From assembly GCF_004104415.1 (NCBI RefSeq), contig NZ_CP034669.1: 64,000 bases of DNA. The stretch is one strand, 5' to 3'. Source of the stretch: Corallococcus coralloides (GTDB taxonomy: Bacteria > Myxococcota > Myxococcia > Myxococcales > Myxococcaceae). Within the stretch, counting starts at the first letter, position 1. Every line of letters begins with the position of its first letter. The notes below the pieces were generated by a model that worked only from the letters and a program-made list of their open reading frames with translations, made no database searches and was not told where the DNA came from. A program made the translations under genes and the position numbers. This document shows positions 1 through 9,065 of this stretch, piece by piece.

Positions 1-1
1 C

Positions 2-199
2 GCGGTGGAGGAGCGCATGCCGGTGTCGGAGGTGGAGGCCGTGGAGGTGGCGCTGCTCAAGGACGCCACGAAGCCCGCGCCCACGAAGGTGAGCGACGAG
101 GGCATCGTGCGCTTCGAGTTGAGCGTGCCGCCGCGCTCCCGTCAGACGGTGGCCTTCGGCTTCACGGTGGCTCGCGCCGCGAAGGTCGCGGGTCTGTAG
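2..199 (+). CDS. 3' end of an upstream gene (C-terminal fragment, function unknown)
   Basis: The reading frame is open from the window edge. GC3 bias is strong. It ends in TAG 15 nt before the next gene. Confidence 0.45.
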   Translation, partial: AVEERMPVSEVEAVEVALLKDATKPAPTKVSDEGIVRFELSVPPRSRQTVAFGFTVARAAKVAGL

Positions 200-213
200 G
201 GAATCACCACGCC

Positions 214-978
214 ATGCCCTTCGCGACAAGGTCCGGCCGCAGCATCCACTACGAGGTCCAGGGGCACGGCCCTCCCCTGCTGCTCCTGCACGGCCTGCTC
301 CAGCTGGGCTCGCACTGGTCGCTCAAGGGGTACCTGCCCGCGCTGACGGACGCGTACACGGTGGTGACGTTCGACTCGCTGGGGCACGGCCAGAGCGACA
401 CGCCGCATGACCTGGAGGCCTACGCGCTGAAGCATCGCGTGGAGGACGCGCTGTCGGTGCTCGACACCCTGTCCATCAACCGGGCGCATGCGTGGGGCTA
501 CTCGATGGGCGGCTGGACGGTGTGTGGCCTGGCGTCCTTCGCGCCGGAGCGGCTGGCATCATACGTCGTGGGCGGCTGGGATCCGGTGGTGGGCCTACCC
601 GTGGCCTACGCGGCCCTGGAGAAGCAGCTCAAGCCCGGCACGACGGTGGACTGGTTCCAGGTGCTCCTGATGGGAGCACGGCGCGCGCCGGAGCTGGCGG
701 AGGCCATCGACGCGGGAGACCTGGACGCGCTCCGGCTGTGCATGAAGGCCTGTGAAACCTCGGCGGGCCTGGATGAGGCGCTGGTGGGCTCCGGCAAGCC
801 GGGGTTGCTGTATTGCGGCGTGACGGACCCGTACCACGACTCCATGAAGGCGGTGGCGCAGCGGGCCGGCGCTGCGTTCGCGACCATCGAGCACGCCGAC
901 CACGGCGGCGCCTGGGCGAAGGCGCCCAAGGTGTTGCCGCGCGTCCTGCCGTTCCTCGCGTCTGTCACACGGTCCTGA
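214..978 (+). CDS. alpha/beta-fold hydrolase
   Basis: An HGxxxxxxxW nucleophile-elbow region and a GYSMGG (G-x-S-x-G) motif are present. A His lies near the C-terminus. Length is 254 aa with strong GC3. Confidence 0.85.
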   Translation: MPFATRSGRSIHYEVQGHGPPLLLLHGLLQLGSHWSLKGYLPALTDAYTVVTFDSLGHGQSDTPHDLEAYALKHRVEDALSVLDTLSINRAHAWGYSMGGWTVCGLASFAPERLASYVVGGWDPVVGLPVAYAALEKQLKPGTTVDWFQVLLMGARRAPELAEAIDAGDLDALRLCMKACETSAGLDEALVGSGKPGLLYCGVTDPYHDSMKAVAQRAGAAFATIEHADHGGAWAKAPKVLPRVLPFLASVTRS

Positions 979-985
979 GGCTTCC

Positions 986-2182
986 ATGACTTCAACTCCC
1001 GCGAACGAGCAACTGGCGGAACTCCTCCGTGCTCACGACCTCGCCTTCCAGGAGGAGGGGGAATGGCTCCGCGTGAGCCCCCGGGGCCCGCGCCTCCAGG
1101 CAACCTTCACCGACACGCGAACCGAGCCGGGCAGCTGCACACGACGACTCGACGTCTGTCTGGAGCCATGGACCGGCCGGCGGGTCGTCGAGTCCGTGGT
1201 AGGTGTTGGCACGACGGAAGCGGAGGCCTTGAACGATGCCCTGATGCACTTCGCCCGGGCGAGCCTGCACGTGCTCCTGGCCGCCTTCGTTCGTCCTCCC
1301 GATGAACACGTCACCGTCGAGACCTGGCAGGTGGGTGGCATCGACCGGAAGGTCATCCTGGGCAATATCATCACCCGCGGCGACACCCCCGGCCCGAAAC
1401 TCGTGGAGCCGTGGTTCAAAGACTTCGAGAGCGCACTCCGGTCGCTGCCGCTGGCCTCTGGCGCCCATTGCGTGCGCGTCTATTACGCCCAGCGGAACGA
1501 GGAGCGCATGGCGCTGGAGGTGCTGCTCGACAACCAGCCATGGCAGGCACTGGCGGACCTGCTTGAGACCGCCTCCTGGCCTGCTGCCCCCGGGTTTTTC
1601 AGCCGGAGGCTGTTCCTGGTGCTCCAGGGCGGCTTCGATGTGAGTCGTGCGCTCGCGGCCTGGTTCGATGTCCCGGAGGATGGAGATCGGGTGGCCGTCT
1701 TCCAGGAGCAGGGTGCGAACCTGCTGGAAGCGGAGAAGCTCAACGCCTATCTCCCTCTCGCCTTCGGGGTGCCGCTGGCGCGCAGATTGGGCGTGGCTCC
1801 ACCGATTTCGGCCTGGTTCCGCACCCTCGCTTCACAGGCCCAACGGACCCTGCTCCTGAACGAGGACCGGCTCTGGGTTGAAGCGCTCCAGTTGGCCGAG
1901 CAGGCCTTTCAAGGCCATACCGCTCTGAGCGAGGAGCAACTGACGACGCTCGCCCACTCGGGCGCGATCGTCAGGGCCATCCACCAATCATTGAAGGAAG
2001 GGGCCAGACCCGAAGACCTGCTCCTCTCCACGCCGGAGATCGGGATTTCAGGCGAAGCGATGTTGCAATGGTCGGCGTATACGCCCCTCGTGCCACCTCC
2101 CGCCCCGAAACCGGAGGCCCCTGCCCCTGCGACCTCTGTCCCGCCTGAAGCTCCGCGCCGTCCCTGGTGGAAGTTCTGGTAG
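986..2182 (+). CDS. hypothetical protein with a Pro-rich C-terminus
   Basis: A 398-aa ORF with consistent GC3 bias follows the hydrolase tightly. No recognisable motifs were seen. Confidence 0.6.
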   Translation: MTSTPANEQLAELLRAHDLAFQEEGEWLRVSPRGPRLQATFTDTRTEPGSCTRRLDVCLEPWTGRRVVESVVGVGTTEAEALNDALMHFARASLHVLLAAFVRPPDEHVTVETWQVGGIDRKVILGNIITRGDTPGPKLVEPWFKDFESALRSLPLASGAHCVRVYYAQRNEERMALEVLLDNQPWQALADLLETASWPAAPGFFSRRLFLVLQGGFDVSRALAAWFDVPEDGDRVAVFQEQGANLLEAEKLNAYLPLAFGVPLARRLGVAPPISAWFRTLASQAQRTLLLNEDRLWVEALQLAEQAFQGHTALSEEQLTTLAHSGAIVRAIHQSLKEGARPEDLLLSTPEIGISGEAMLQWSAYTPLVPPPAPKPEAPAPATSVPPEAPRRPWWKFW

Positions 2183-2191
2183 CCGCGCGAG

Positions 2192-2701
2192 TCACCGCGT
2201 GGACTGGATGGCGATCACCCGGACGTCGATGTCCTTGCACCCGGCGTCCTTGCAGACGCCGTTGAGCCACGCTTCACCCTGGCCGAACATCACGCCGTCT
2301 TCGTTGACGAAGAGGTCCGCGTAGCGCTGCCGGGTGATGACGTTGGCGATGGCCGGCGTGACGATGACGTCGTAGTGCCTCACGAACGCCGCGGCGTCGG
2401 GCAGCTTCACCTTCCTGCCGCCCACGTTCGCGGTGAAGGGATATGCCACCAGGGCGGCGACGGCTTTCGCGTCGTGCGCGGCCACCGCCTTCTGGAACGC
2501 CGCGAAGGCCTGCTCGTACTTCGCGGGCTCCCCGAGGATGCTCTGGATGCGGGCGTTGACGCCGGCTGTCCCGGCATCCGGAGCCCCCGTGACGACATTG
2601 GGAGCGGCTGGCGGCACGGCGGCCACAGGTACTTCAGCGCGCTGACAGGAAGCAGATGACACGAGTACCAAGGCGGCCAACCGCGTGGGCTTTGTCTGCA
2701 T
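2192..2701 (-). CDS. hypothetical lipoprotein
   Basis: An internal Met gives MQTKPTRLAALVLVSSASC, a lipoprotein signal with the lipobox SASC. The extended ORF start at 2746 is probably upstream read-through. Confidence 0.6.
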   Translation of the reverse strand: MQTKPTRLAALVLVSSASCQRAEVPVAAVPPAAPNVVTGAPDAGTAGVNARIQSILGEPAKYEQAFAAFQKAVAAHDAKAVAALVAYPFTANVGGRKVKLPDAAAFVRHYDVIVTPAIANVITRQRYADLFVNEDGVMFGQGEAWLNGVCKDAGCKDIDVRVIAIQSTR

Positions 2702-2768
2702 GAGCTCCCCCCGCCAGGACAGGCTGCACTCCCCTGGCAAAGACAAACTCTACAGAGCTTGATACGTC

Positions 2769-3929
2769 TCAGCGCATGCCTTGGACCAGCGTCCATAGCT
2801 GGCGTCTCGCGGCCGACTGCGGGACTCGCCGGAATAGTGCATCACGGACAAAGCGCGCGGCGCCATTCTCCCACTGGGCCATACGTCCCACCTGATGTGA
2901 GCGCACGACCAGCGCGTTGGCACGTTTCACCCGGCGGGCTTCGTATGCACGCAGTGCGTCTTCCACGCTGCCCGGCGCCGCGAGACATTCCCCCAGCACC
3001 ACGCCGTCCTCGATGGCCTGACAGCCGCCCTGCCCCAGGTTCGGCGTCATCGGATGCGCGGCGTCCCCCAGCAGCGTCACCCGGCCCCGGCTCCAGTGCG
3101 ACACCGGAGGACGGTCGTGGATGTCCGTGCGCAGGACGCGCTCGGGCGGCGTCGCCGCGAGCAGCTTCGCGATGGGCGCGTGCCATCCGGCGAAGCGCTC
3201 CTGGAGGATGGCGAGCGTCTGTCCCGGTGCATCCTCCGCCCCCGCGGGCGCATTCAGCGTGGCGAACCAGTACACCTCGCCATGGCCAATGGGCACGATG
3301 CCGAAGCGGGCCCCGGGGCCCCACGTCTCGGTGACCTGGCCCGCGGGCACCAGGTCCGCGCCCGGACAGACACCGCGCCAGCTGGTGTAGCCGGAGTAAC
3401 GCGTGGGCTGCGCGCCCAGCAGGCCGGTCCGCACGGCGGAGCGCAGGCCATCCGCGCCCACCAGGACATCGCCGGTGACGGTCTCGCCAGTGGACAGCGT
3501 CACCGTGACGCGGGCCCCGTCGTCCTCGAAGCCCGTCACGCTGACCCCCAGCCGCACCGCCTCCTCCGGGCCCGCGTGAGCGCGAAGGACGGCCTGGAGG
3601 CGCGCGCGGTGCATGGCCACCATCGGGATGGCCAGCTCCTCCTGGAGCGAGCGAACATCAACAGCGGTGATCCGGGCGCCCGTCGAATCGAGGATGAGGG
3701 TCTGCTCCGCGCGTTCGCCCTCCGCGACCACCGCGTCACACAGGCCGATGCGGCGCAGGGCGACCGCGGCGTTCATCTGCACGACGATTCCCGCGCCCAC
3801 CGGCCGCAGGGCTTCGGCGCGTTCGAACACCGTGGCGCGAAGGCCCGCGCGCTGGAGCGCACAAGCCAGCGTGAGGCCTCCAATGCCGGCTCCGGCGATG
3901 AGGACGTGGCGGGGGGATGCGGACGTCAT
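2769..3929 (-). CDS. FAD-dependent monooxygenase (UbiH/salicylate-hydroxylase-like)
   Basis: An N-terminal GAGIGGL dinucleotide-binding motif is present. A DG motif and a GDAAH FAD-binding motif follow. Length is 386 aa. Confidence 0.85.
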   Translation of the reverse strand: MTSASPRHVLIAGAGIGGLTLACALQRAGLRATVFERAEALRPVGAGIVVQMNAAVALRRIGLCDAVVAEGERAEQTLILDSTGARITAVDVRSLQEELAIPMVAMHRARLQAVLRAHAGPEEAVRLGVSVTGFEDDGARVTVTLSTGETVTGDVLVGADGLRSAVRTGLLGAQPTRYSGYTSWRGVCPGADLVPAGQVTETWGPGARFGIVPIGHGEVYWFATLNAPAGAEDAPGQTLAILQERFAGWHAPIAKLLAATPPERVLRTDIHDRPPVSHWSRGRVTLLGDAAHPMTPNLGQGGCQAIEDGVVLGECLAAPGSVEDALRAYEARRVKRANALVVRSHQVGRMAQWENGAARFVRDALFRRVPQSAARRQLWTLVQGMR

Positions 3930-3959
3930 GGCGGCCTCCGGTCATGCCGGCGCCACGGG

Positions 3960-4808
3960 TCAACCGAACCAGCGGCCGGCGTCAGGCGCGAAGACTCGCA
4001 CGCGTTCGAGCAGCGACGCAGGCAGGCGGGCCTGGAGCGTCGCGTGGACCTGCGCGGGGCTGTAAGCCTGACTGAAATGCATCAGGACCAGGGCCTCGTT
4101 CTGGAAGCGGTCCGCCATGGAGGCGATCTCCTCCAGGTGGATGTGGGCCCGCTCCTGCGCGTCGCGCACGGTGCGCTCCGCGTCGATGAACGTGCATTCG
4201 AGGATGAGCACGCGGCTGTCGAACAGCGACGGCTGGCGCTCCAGCACGTTGGAGAGGGTGTCCGTGCAGTAGGCCAGCTCCAGCCGCTCGACTTCATCGA
4301 ACAGTGGCTCACCGGCCTGACGGCGGCGGCCAATCTCCGCCGGAGGCAGCTCGCGGAACTCGGGCTTGAGCTTCGCGACGCGGCGCAGGAACTGGTAGCC
4401 CAGCGACGGCACGGGATGGTGCGTGCGAAACGCGCGGACCCACACGTCCTGCTGCACCTTCACGGTGTCACCGGGGCGCAACGGGACAGTGCGGATGTCG
4501 GACTTCATCCGGTGCAGCCGCCCCAGGGCCGCGAGCGCCTCCTGCACGGGCGCTTCAATCTCCGCCGGCAGGTAGACGAACGGCGGCCCCCTGCCCACGA
4601 GCGCGCGGATGCCCAGCAACGAGCCCAGCGCGCTCGCATGGTCCGCATGCCCGTGGCTGAGGAAGATGCGGTCCGTGGTGGCGAAGGAGCGGATGGGGAT
4701 GCCCGCGTCGAGCAGCACCCCCAGCTCCGGCACCAGGAGCGACGTGTACACGCCGCCCACGGACACGCCGCGCACGGTATAGGGCCCCGCCTGCACCTCG
4801 GTCAGCAT
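3960..4808 (-). CDS. MBL-fold metallo-hydrolase (RNase Z-like)
   Basis: It carries an HGHADH (HxHxDH) metallo-beta-lactamase motif. A C-terminal His cluster and HIHLEE are also present. Confidence 0.8.
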   Translation of the reverse strand: MLTEVQAGPYTVRGVSVGGVYTSLLVPELGVLLDAGIPIRSFATTDRIFLSHGHADHASALGSLLGIRALVGRGPPFVYLPAEIEAPVQEALAALGRLHRMKSDIRTVPLRPGDTVKVQQDVWVRAFRTHHPVPSLGYQFLRRVAKLKPEFRELPPAEIGRRRQAGEPLFDEVERLELAYCTDTLSNVLERQPSLFDSRVLILECTFIDAERTVRDAQERAHIHLEEIASMADRFQNEALVLMHFSQAYSPAQVHATLQARLPASLLERVRVFAPDAGRWFG

Positions 4809-4827
4809 GCGCGGAAGCCTACGCCGA

Positions 4828-5895
4828 TCAGTTCTTCGCGCGCTCGTACTGGTGCGGCCACAGCACGTCCGCGCGCAGCTCCTTCGCGGCGCGCAGCGGC
4901 CAGTACGGATCCCTCAACAGCTCGCGCGCCAGGAAGACGACGTCCGCCTGTCCCGTGGCCAGGATGTGCTCGGCCTGGTACGCGGAGCGGATCATCCCCA
5001 CCGCGCCCGTGAGCAGGCCCGTCTCCTTGCGCACCTGCTCCGCCAGCTGCGTCTGGTAGCCCGGCCCCACCGGGATCTTCGCGTAAGGCACCACGCCGCC
5101 GGACGAGCAATCCAGCAGGTCCACGCCCTCCTTCGCCACCAGCCGCGCCAGCGCCACCGAGTCCTCCGGCGTCCAGCCGCCCTCCACCCAGTCCGTCGCG
5201 GAGACGCGCATGAAGAGCGGCAGCGACTCCGGCCACTTCGCCCGCACGGCGCGCGTCACCTCCAGCGCGAAGCGCGCCCGGTTCTCGAACGTGCCGCCGT
5301 ACTTGTCCGTCCGCTTGTTCGACAGCGGCGACAGGAACTCGTGCAGCAGGTAGCCGTGCGCCGCGTGCAGCTCGATGACCTGGAAGCCCGCCGCCTTCGC
5401 GCGCACCGCCGCGTCCGCGAACGCCGTCACGATGCGCTGGATGCCCGCCTCGTCCAGCGCCGTGGGCACCGGGTAGCCCTCGTCGAACGCCTCCGTCGTG
5501 GGCCCCAGCACCTGCCAGCCGCCGTGCTCCGGCTCCACGCGCTTGCCCGCGTCCCAGGGCCGGGGCGTGGAGGCCTTGCGGCCCGCGTGCGCCAGCTGCA
5601 CGCCGGACGCGGCGCCGTTCTGGTGCATGAAGCGGTTGATGCGCGCCAGCTGCTCCACGTGCGCGTCCTTCCACAGCCCCAGGTCCTGCGGCGAGATGCG
5701 GCCCTCCGGCTCCACCGCCGTGGCCTCCGTCACCACCAGCCCCGCGCCCCCCACCGCGCGGCTGCCCAGGTGCACCACGTGCCACTCGTTCGCGAAGCCG
5801 TCGTCGCTCGAGTACTGGCACATGGGCGAAACCACCACGCGGTTGCGCAGCGTGATGTCCCGCAGCTTCAAGGGGGAGAACAGCTTGCTGCTCAT
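4828..5895 (-). CDS. namA: NADH:flavin oxidoreductase, old yellow enzyme family (YqjM/NamA-like)
   Basis: The N-terminus reads LKLRNRVVVSPMCQYS. HLGSRA, AHGYLLHEFLSPLSN and C-terminal TIM-barrel motifs are typical of OYEs. Confidence 0.9.
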   Translation of the reverse strand: MSSKLFSPLKLRDITLRNRVVVSPMCQYSSDDGFANEWHVVHLGSRAVGGAGLVVTEATAVEPEGRISPQDLGLWKDAHVEQLARINRFMHQNGAASGVQLAHAGRKASTPRPWDAGKRVEPEHGGWQVLGPTTEAFDEGYPVPTALDEAGIQRIVTAFADAAVRAKAAGFQVIELHAAHGYLLHEFLSPLSNKRTDKYGGTFENRARFALEVTRAVRAKWPESLPLFMRVSATDWVEGGWTPEDSVALARLVAKEGVDLLDCSSGGVVPYAKIPVGPGYQTQLAEQVRKETGLLTGAVGMIRSAYQAEHILATGQADVVFLARELLRDPYWPLRAAKELRADVLWPHQYERAKN

Positions 5896-6518
5896 GTCGG
5901 GTCCTTTCGGGGAAGCGAAGGGGTCTGCTCTGGCAATCCCAGCGCCGCGCGCACCTGGGCCGTGCTCTTGCCCAGCCAGTGCCGGCGGTGGTTCTCCTGC
6001 GTCGTGAGGCTGCGCGTCTCCATGCGGTCCACGTAGAGCGTGCCGTCCAGGTGATCCAGCTCGTGCTGGATGATGCGCGCGTACCAGCCGCGCGCGGACA
6101 CCGTCACCGGCTGCCCGTGCTCATCCAGCGCCTCCACGCGCACGCCACGCGCCCGGGCCACCAGCGCCGCCAGGCCGTTCACGCTCAAGCAGCCCTCGTG
6201 GAACTCCATCGGCGTGGGGTCCTCCACCACGAGCTTCGGGTTGATCAGCACGTGGAAGGCCACCGGTGCGCGCTCGCGCAGCGCCAGGTCCGCGGGCGAC
6301 GCGCCGGCCTGATACTCGGCGCGGTCCTCGATGACCACCAGCCGCAGGCCCACGCCCACCTGGGGTGCCGCGAGCCCCACGCCGGGCGCGTCCCGCATCG
6401 TGTCGCGCATCAACTGGATGAGCTGCCGCGTCGCTTCGCTGCCGATTTCTTCCGGGGTCAGCTCCCGCGCGCGCTGGCGCAGCACCGGTTCCCCCGCCTG
6501 GACGATCTTGAGCACCAT
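5892..6518 (-). CDS. def: peptide deformylase
   Basis: All three deformylase motifs are present: GVGLAAPQ, EGCLSV and HELDHLDG. The start was chosen at MVLKIVQ. Confidence 0.85.
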   Translation of the reverse strand: MVLKIVQAGEPVLRQRARELTPEEIGSEATRQLIQLMRDTMRDAPGVGLAAPQVGVGLRLVVIEDRAEYQAGASPADLALRERAPVAFHVLINPKLVVEDPTPMEFHEGCLSVNGLAALVARARGVRVEALDEHGQPVTVSARGWYARIIQHELDHLDGTLYVDRMETRSLTTQENHRRHWLGKSTAQVRAALGLPEQTPSLPRKDPT

Positions 6519-6656
6519 GGTGGCCCCACCGTAACAACCGCTCACCCGCCGCGCCGCATCGCCGTGGGACGGGCATGGGCCTGGCCGCCCGGTTCCCCAT
6601 GGAGAGGGCAGCCCCTGGCGTGGAGGGGTGCCACTGACGGTAGGCTGTGTCGCACC

Positions 6657-7154
6657 ATGGCTCGCCGCAAGAAGGCCGACGAAACCACCGCGCGCGTGCG
6701 CAACCTGCTCGCCCTCGACGCCGCCGGCATCATGCGGCGGCTGGCCGCACGCCGGGAGGAGATGTTCCTCCTCTTCTCCCGCCTGCGCAGCCGCGGCCCG
6801 CTGGTGGAGACGGTGGCCTCACGCTACGCGGACGGCGCCTTCGCCCAGCTCATCCACCTGACCGAACAGGAGCAGGCGGTGGTGGACCACTTCTACGGAC
6901 GCCTGGACGAGCTGCGCTGGTACTTCACGTACACCGAGGACATGCCCGGCACCGCGCACCAGACCTTCAACGCGCTGCACCGCCGCCTGGAGGACAGCTA
7001 CCGCCTCTTCGTGGAGACCCTGGGGCTGCCCGTCCAACCCGACGGCGTGCGCGTGGTGAACGCGGAGGCCGTGCGCCAGGAGGACACGGCCCCGGGAGGA
7101 ACGCCCGTGGCGCTCGCCCCGCTGCCCCGCCGCCGCCGCGCGCCGCCCGCCTGA
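6657..7154 (+). CDS. hypothetical protein (165 aa)
   Basis: The internal ATG start gives MARRKKADETT, and GC3 bias is very strong. The 5' part of the listed ORF (5979-) is antisense to def and was rejected. Confidence 0.6.
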   Translation: MARRKKADETTARVRNLLALDAAGIMRRLAARREEMFLLFSRLRSRGPLVETVASRYADGAFAQLIHLTEQEQAVVDHFYGRLDELRWYFTYTEDMPGTAHQTFNALHRRLEDSYRLFVETLGLPVQPDGVRVVNAEAVRQEDTAPGGTPVALAPLPRRRRAPPA

Positions 7155-7157
7155 CGC

Positions 7158-8310
7158 TCACGCCGCGGAGGCTTCAGCCCGGGCATCGGCGGCCGACATC
7201 CCGGGCGCCGCGGGCTTCACCAGCCGCTTCATGGACGCCTTGCCCACGATGATGTCCACCATCTTCCGCGCGCGCGTCCAGACGCTCTCCTGCACGTACG
7301 GGATGCCGTACTTCTCGCAGAGGGCCTTCACGTGCGGCTGCGCCTCGCGGTACTTGAGCATCGGCAGGTCCGGCCAGAGGTGGTGTTCAATCTGGTAGTT
7401 CAGCCACAGGTGGGCGTAGTCGTTGACGTCGCCGCCCGTGCGGTAGTTCGCGCTGCCCACCACCTGCTGCACCATGCGCTCCGCCTTGTTCGCGGGCGCG
7501 GAGTCGAAGCGGTACAGGTCCTCGCCGGTGTGGTTGGGGCCCACCACGAAGAACGTGTGCAGGTTGGTGATGACGTCCGCCATCACGGAGTTGCAGAACA
7601 CGCTGAACGCCGCCCACGGCGACACCAGCAGGAACGCCGCCGGGTACAGCCCGAAGAAGACGGTCGCGTACGGCAGGTAGCAGCGCGTGAAGAGCTCCCA
7701 CTGCTCCGCGCGCGTCAGCGCCCCGCCCTCGCGCCGCCCCTTGCGGCGAAGCGAGCCCAGCGTCTCCGGCGCGTAGTAGCTCGCGCGCCAGGTGACGGCC
7801 AGCAGCGCCAGCTGAACATAGCGCAGGGCCAGCGGCCGGCCGGTGTCGCGCAGCGAGCCCTCCGCGTTGCGCTCCAGCAGGTCCGGATCCGCCTCCTCGC
7901 CGGTGTGCGAGTGGTGCAGCACGTTGTGCTCGAAGACCCACGCCTCCGGCAGCATCCAGTCCAGCCAGTCCACGAACCGGCGGTGGCCCTTCGCGAAGCC
8001 CTTGCTGGTGCGCGACGCGGGCATGCCCGGCACGCGGTCATAGCCCCGGTGCCCCACGTGGTGCATCAGCAGCCAGCGCGTGGAGCGGCCCAGGCCCAGC
8101 GCCACCGCGGAGAGCGGGTTGGGGGCGATCCACGCCGTGGCCACGCCCAGCACCGACGCGACCTTCCCCCAGCGCTCCAGCTTCCGCAGGTGCGCGGCGT
8201 CCGCCTCACCCAGGTTCGCGTCCAGCCGGGCGCGCAGCTCCTTCAGCTCCCGGTAGAAGCCCTCCACGTCCACGGAGGCCAGGTCGAAGTCGGGGGCAGC
8301 GCGGGACATG
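7158..8310 (-). CDS. membrane fatty-acid desaturase family protein
   Basis: Histidine boxes HHVGHRGYD, HNVLHHSHTGE and EHHLWPD are present. It has hydrophobic segments. The start was chosen at MSRAAPDFD. Confidence 0.8.
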
Positions 8311-8403
8311 TGAAGGAACTCCTCGTGAGCGGGACGGGGACCACGGCCGATGCGGGCCGCACGGTAGCCTCCGCCCGCGCTCACGCAAAGCGTCACGTCC
8401 CGC

Positions 8404-8910
8404 TCACCCGCTCGCCGGGCGACGGGGCAGCACCAGCTTCGCGACCAACACCTGCACCACGTCACCCCTCTGGGTGCGCGTCTCGCTGCGCACGGTGGCG
8501 ATGCCCCGGTCCGGCCGTGTGCGCGAGGGAGTCACCTCCAGCACCTCGCTCTCCACGTGAAGGACGTCCCCCGGGCGCGTCGGCCTGGGCCAGCGGAGGT
8601 CCCCGCCCGCCCCCACGATGCCGCCCTTGAAGGGCAGACCGCTCTGGACGTTGAGCTTCATGGTGATGGCGGCCGTGTGCCAGCCGCTCGCCGCCAGCCC
8701 TTCGAACAGCGTGTCCTTCGCCGTGGCGTCGTCCAGATGGAAGCCCTGCGGGTCGAACTCCCGCGCGAAGGCGACAATCTGCGCCGCGTCCAGCGTGTGC
8801 GTGCCGCTGGTGAACCTCTGCCCCACGGACAGGTCGTCCAGGAACAACTCCCGGCGCCCGCCCTCTTCCGTCGATGCCATGCCCACGTCCTCCAGGACGG
8901 ATGTCTGCAT
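8404..8910 (-). CDS. MaoC-like (R)-specific enoyl-CoA hydratase/dehydratase
   Basis: It has a hot-dog fold signature with a DxxxxH-like region (FDPQGFHLDDATA) and a GGIVGAGGDLRWP loop. The start may instead be the internal MASTEEG. Confidence 0.75.
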   Translation of the reverse strand: MQTSVLEDVGMASTEEGGRRELFLDDLSVGQRFTSGTHTLDAAQIVAFAREFDPQGFHLDDATAKDTLFEGLAASGWHTAAITMKLNVQSGLPFKGGIVGAGGDLRWPRPTRPGDVLHVESEVLEVTPSRTRPDRGIATVRSETRTQRGDVVQVLVAKLVLPRRPASG

Positions 8911-9065
8911 GAATTACGACCATAATACGTCCGGATGCGGGCCGCTCGTCCAGAGGCCACTGTCCTCCAGGGTGCACGGGAAGCCGCTGGCGGGCCGGGC
9001 CGAACGTTGAACATCGCGCGCCCGCGCCGCTCGACCCACGCCGGAACAACCAGCGCCCGCGGCCC

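Noticed and set aside
3054-5012. 652-aa + strand ORF spanning the FAD monooxygenase and MBL genes
   Set aside because: It lies antisense to two well-supported minus-strand genes. The Arg/Ala/Gly-rich composition is typical of high-GC shadow ORFs, and it has no motifs.
4807-6036. Long + ORF and the 4802-5821 minus alternate-frame ORF over the OYE/def region
   Set aside because: These are shadow frames of the namA and def genes with extreme Arg/Gly/Ala content.
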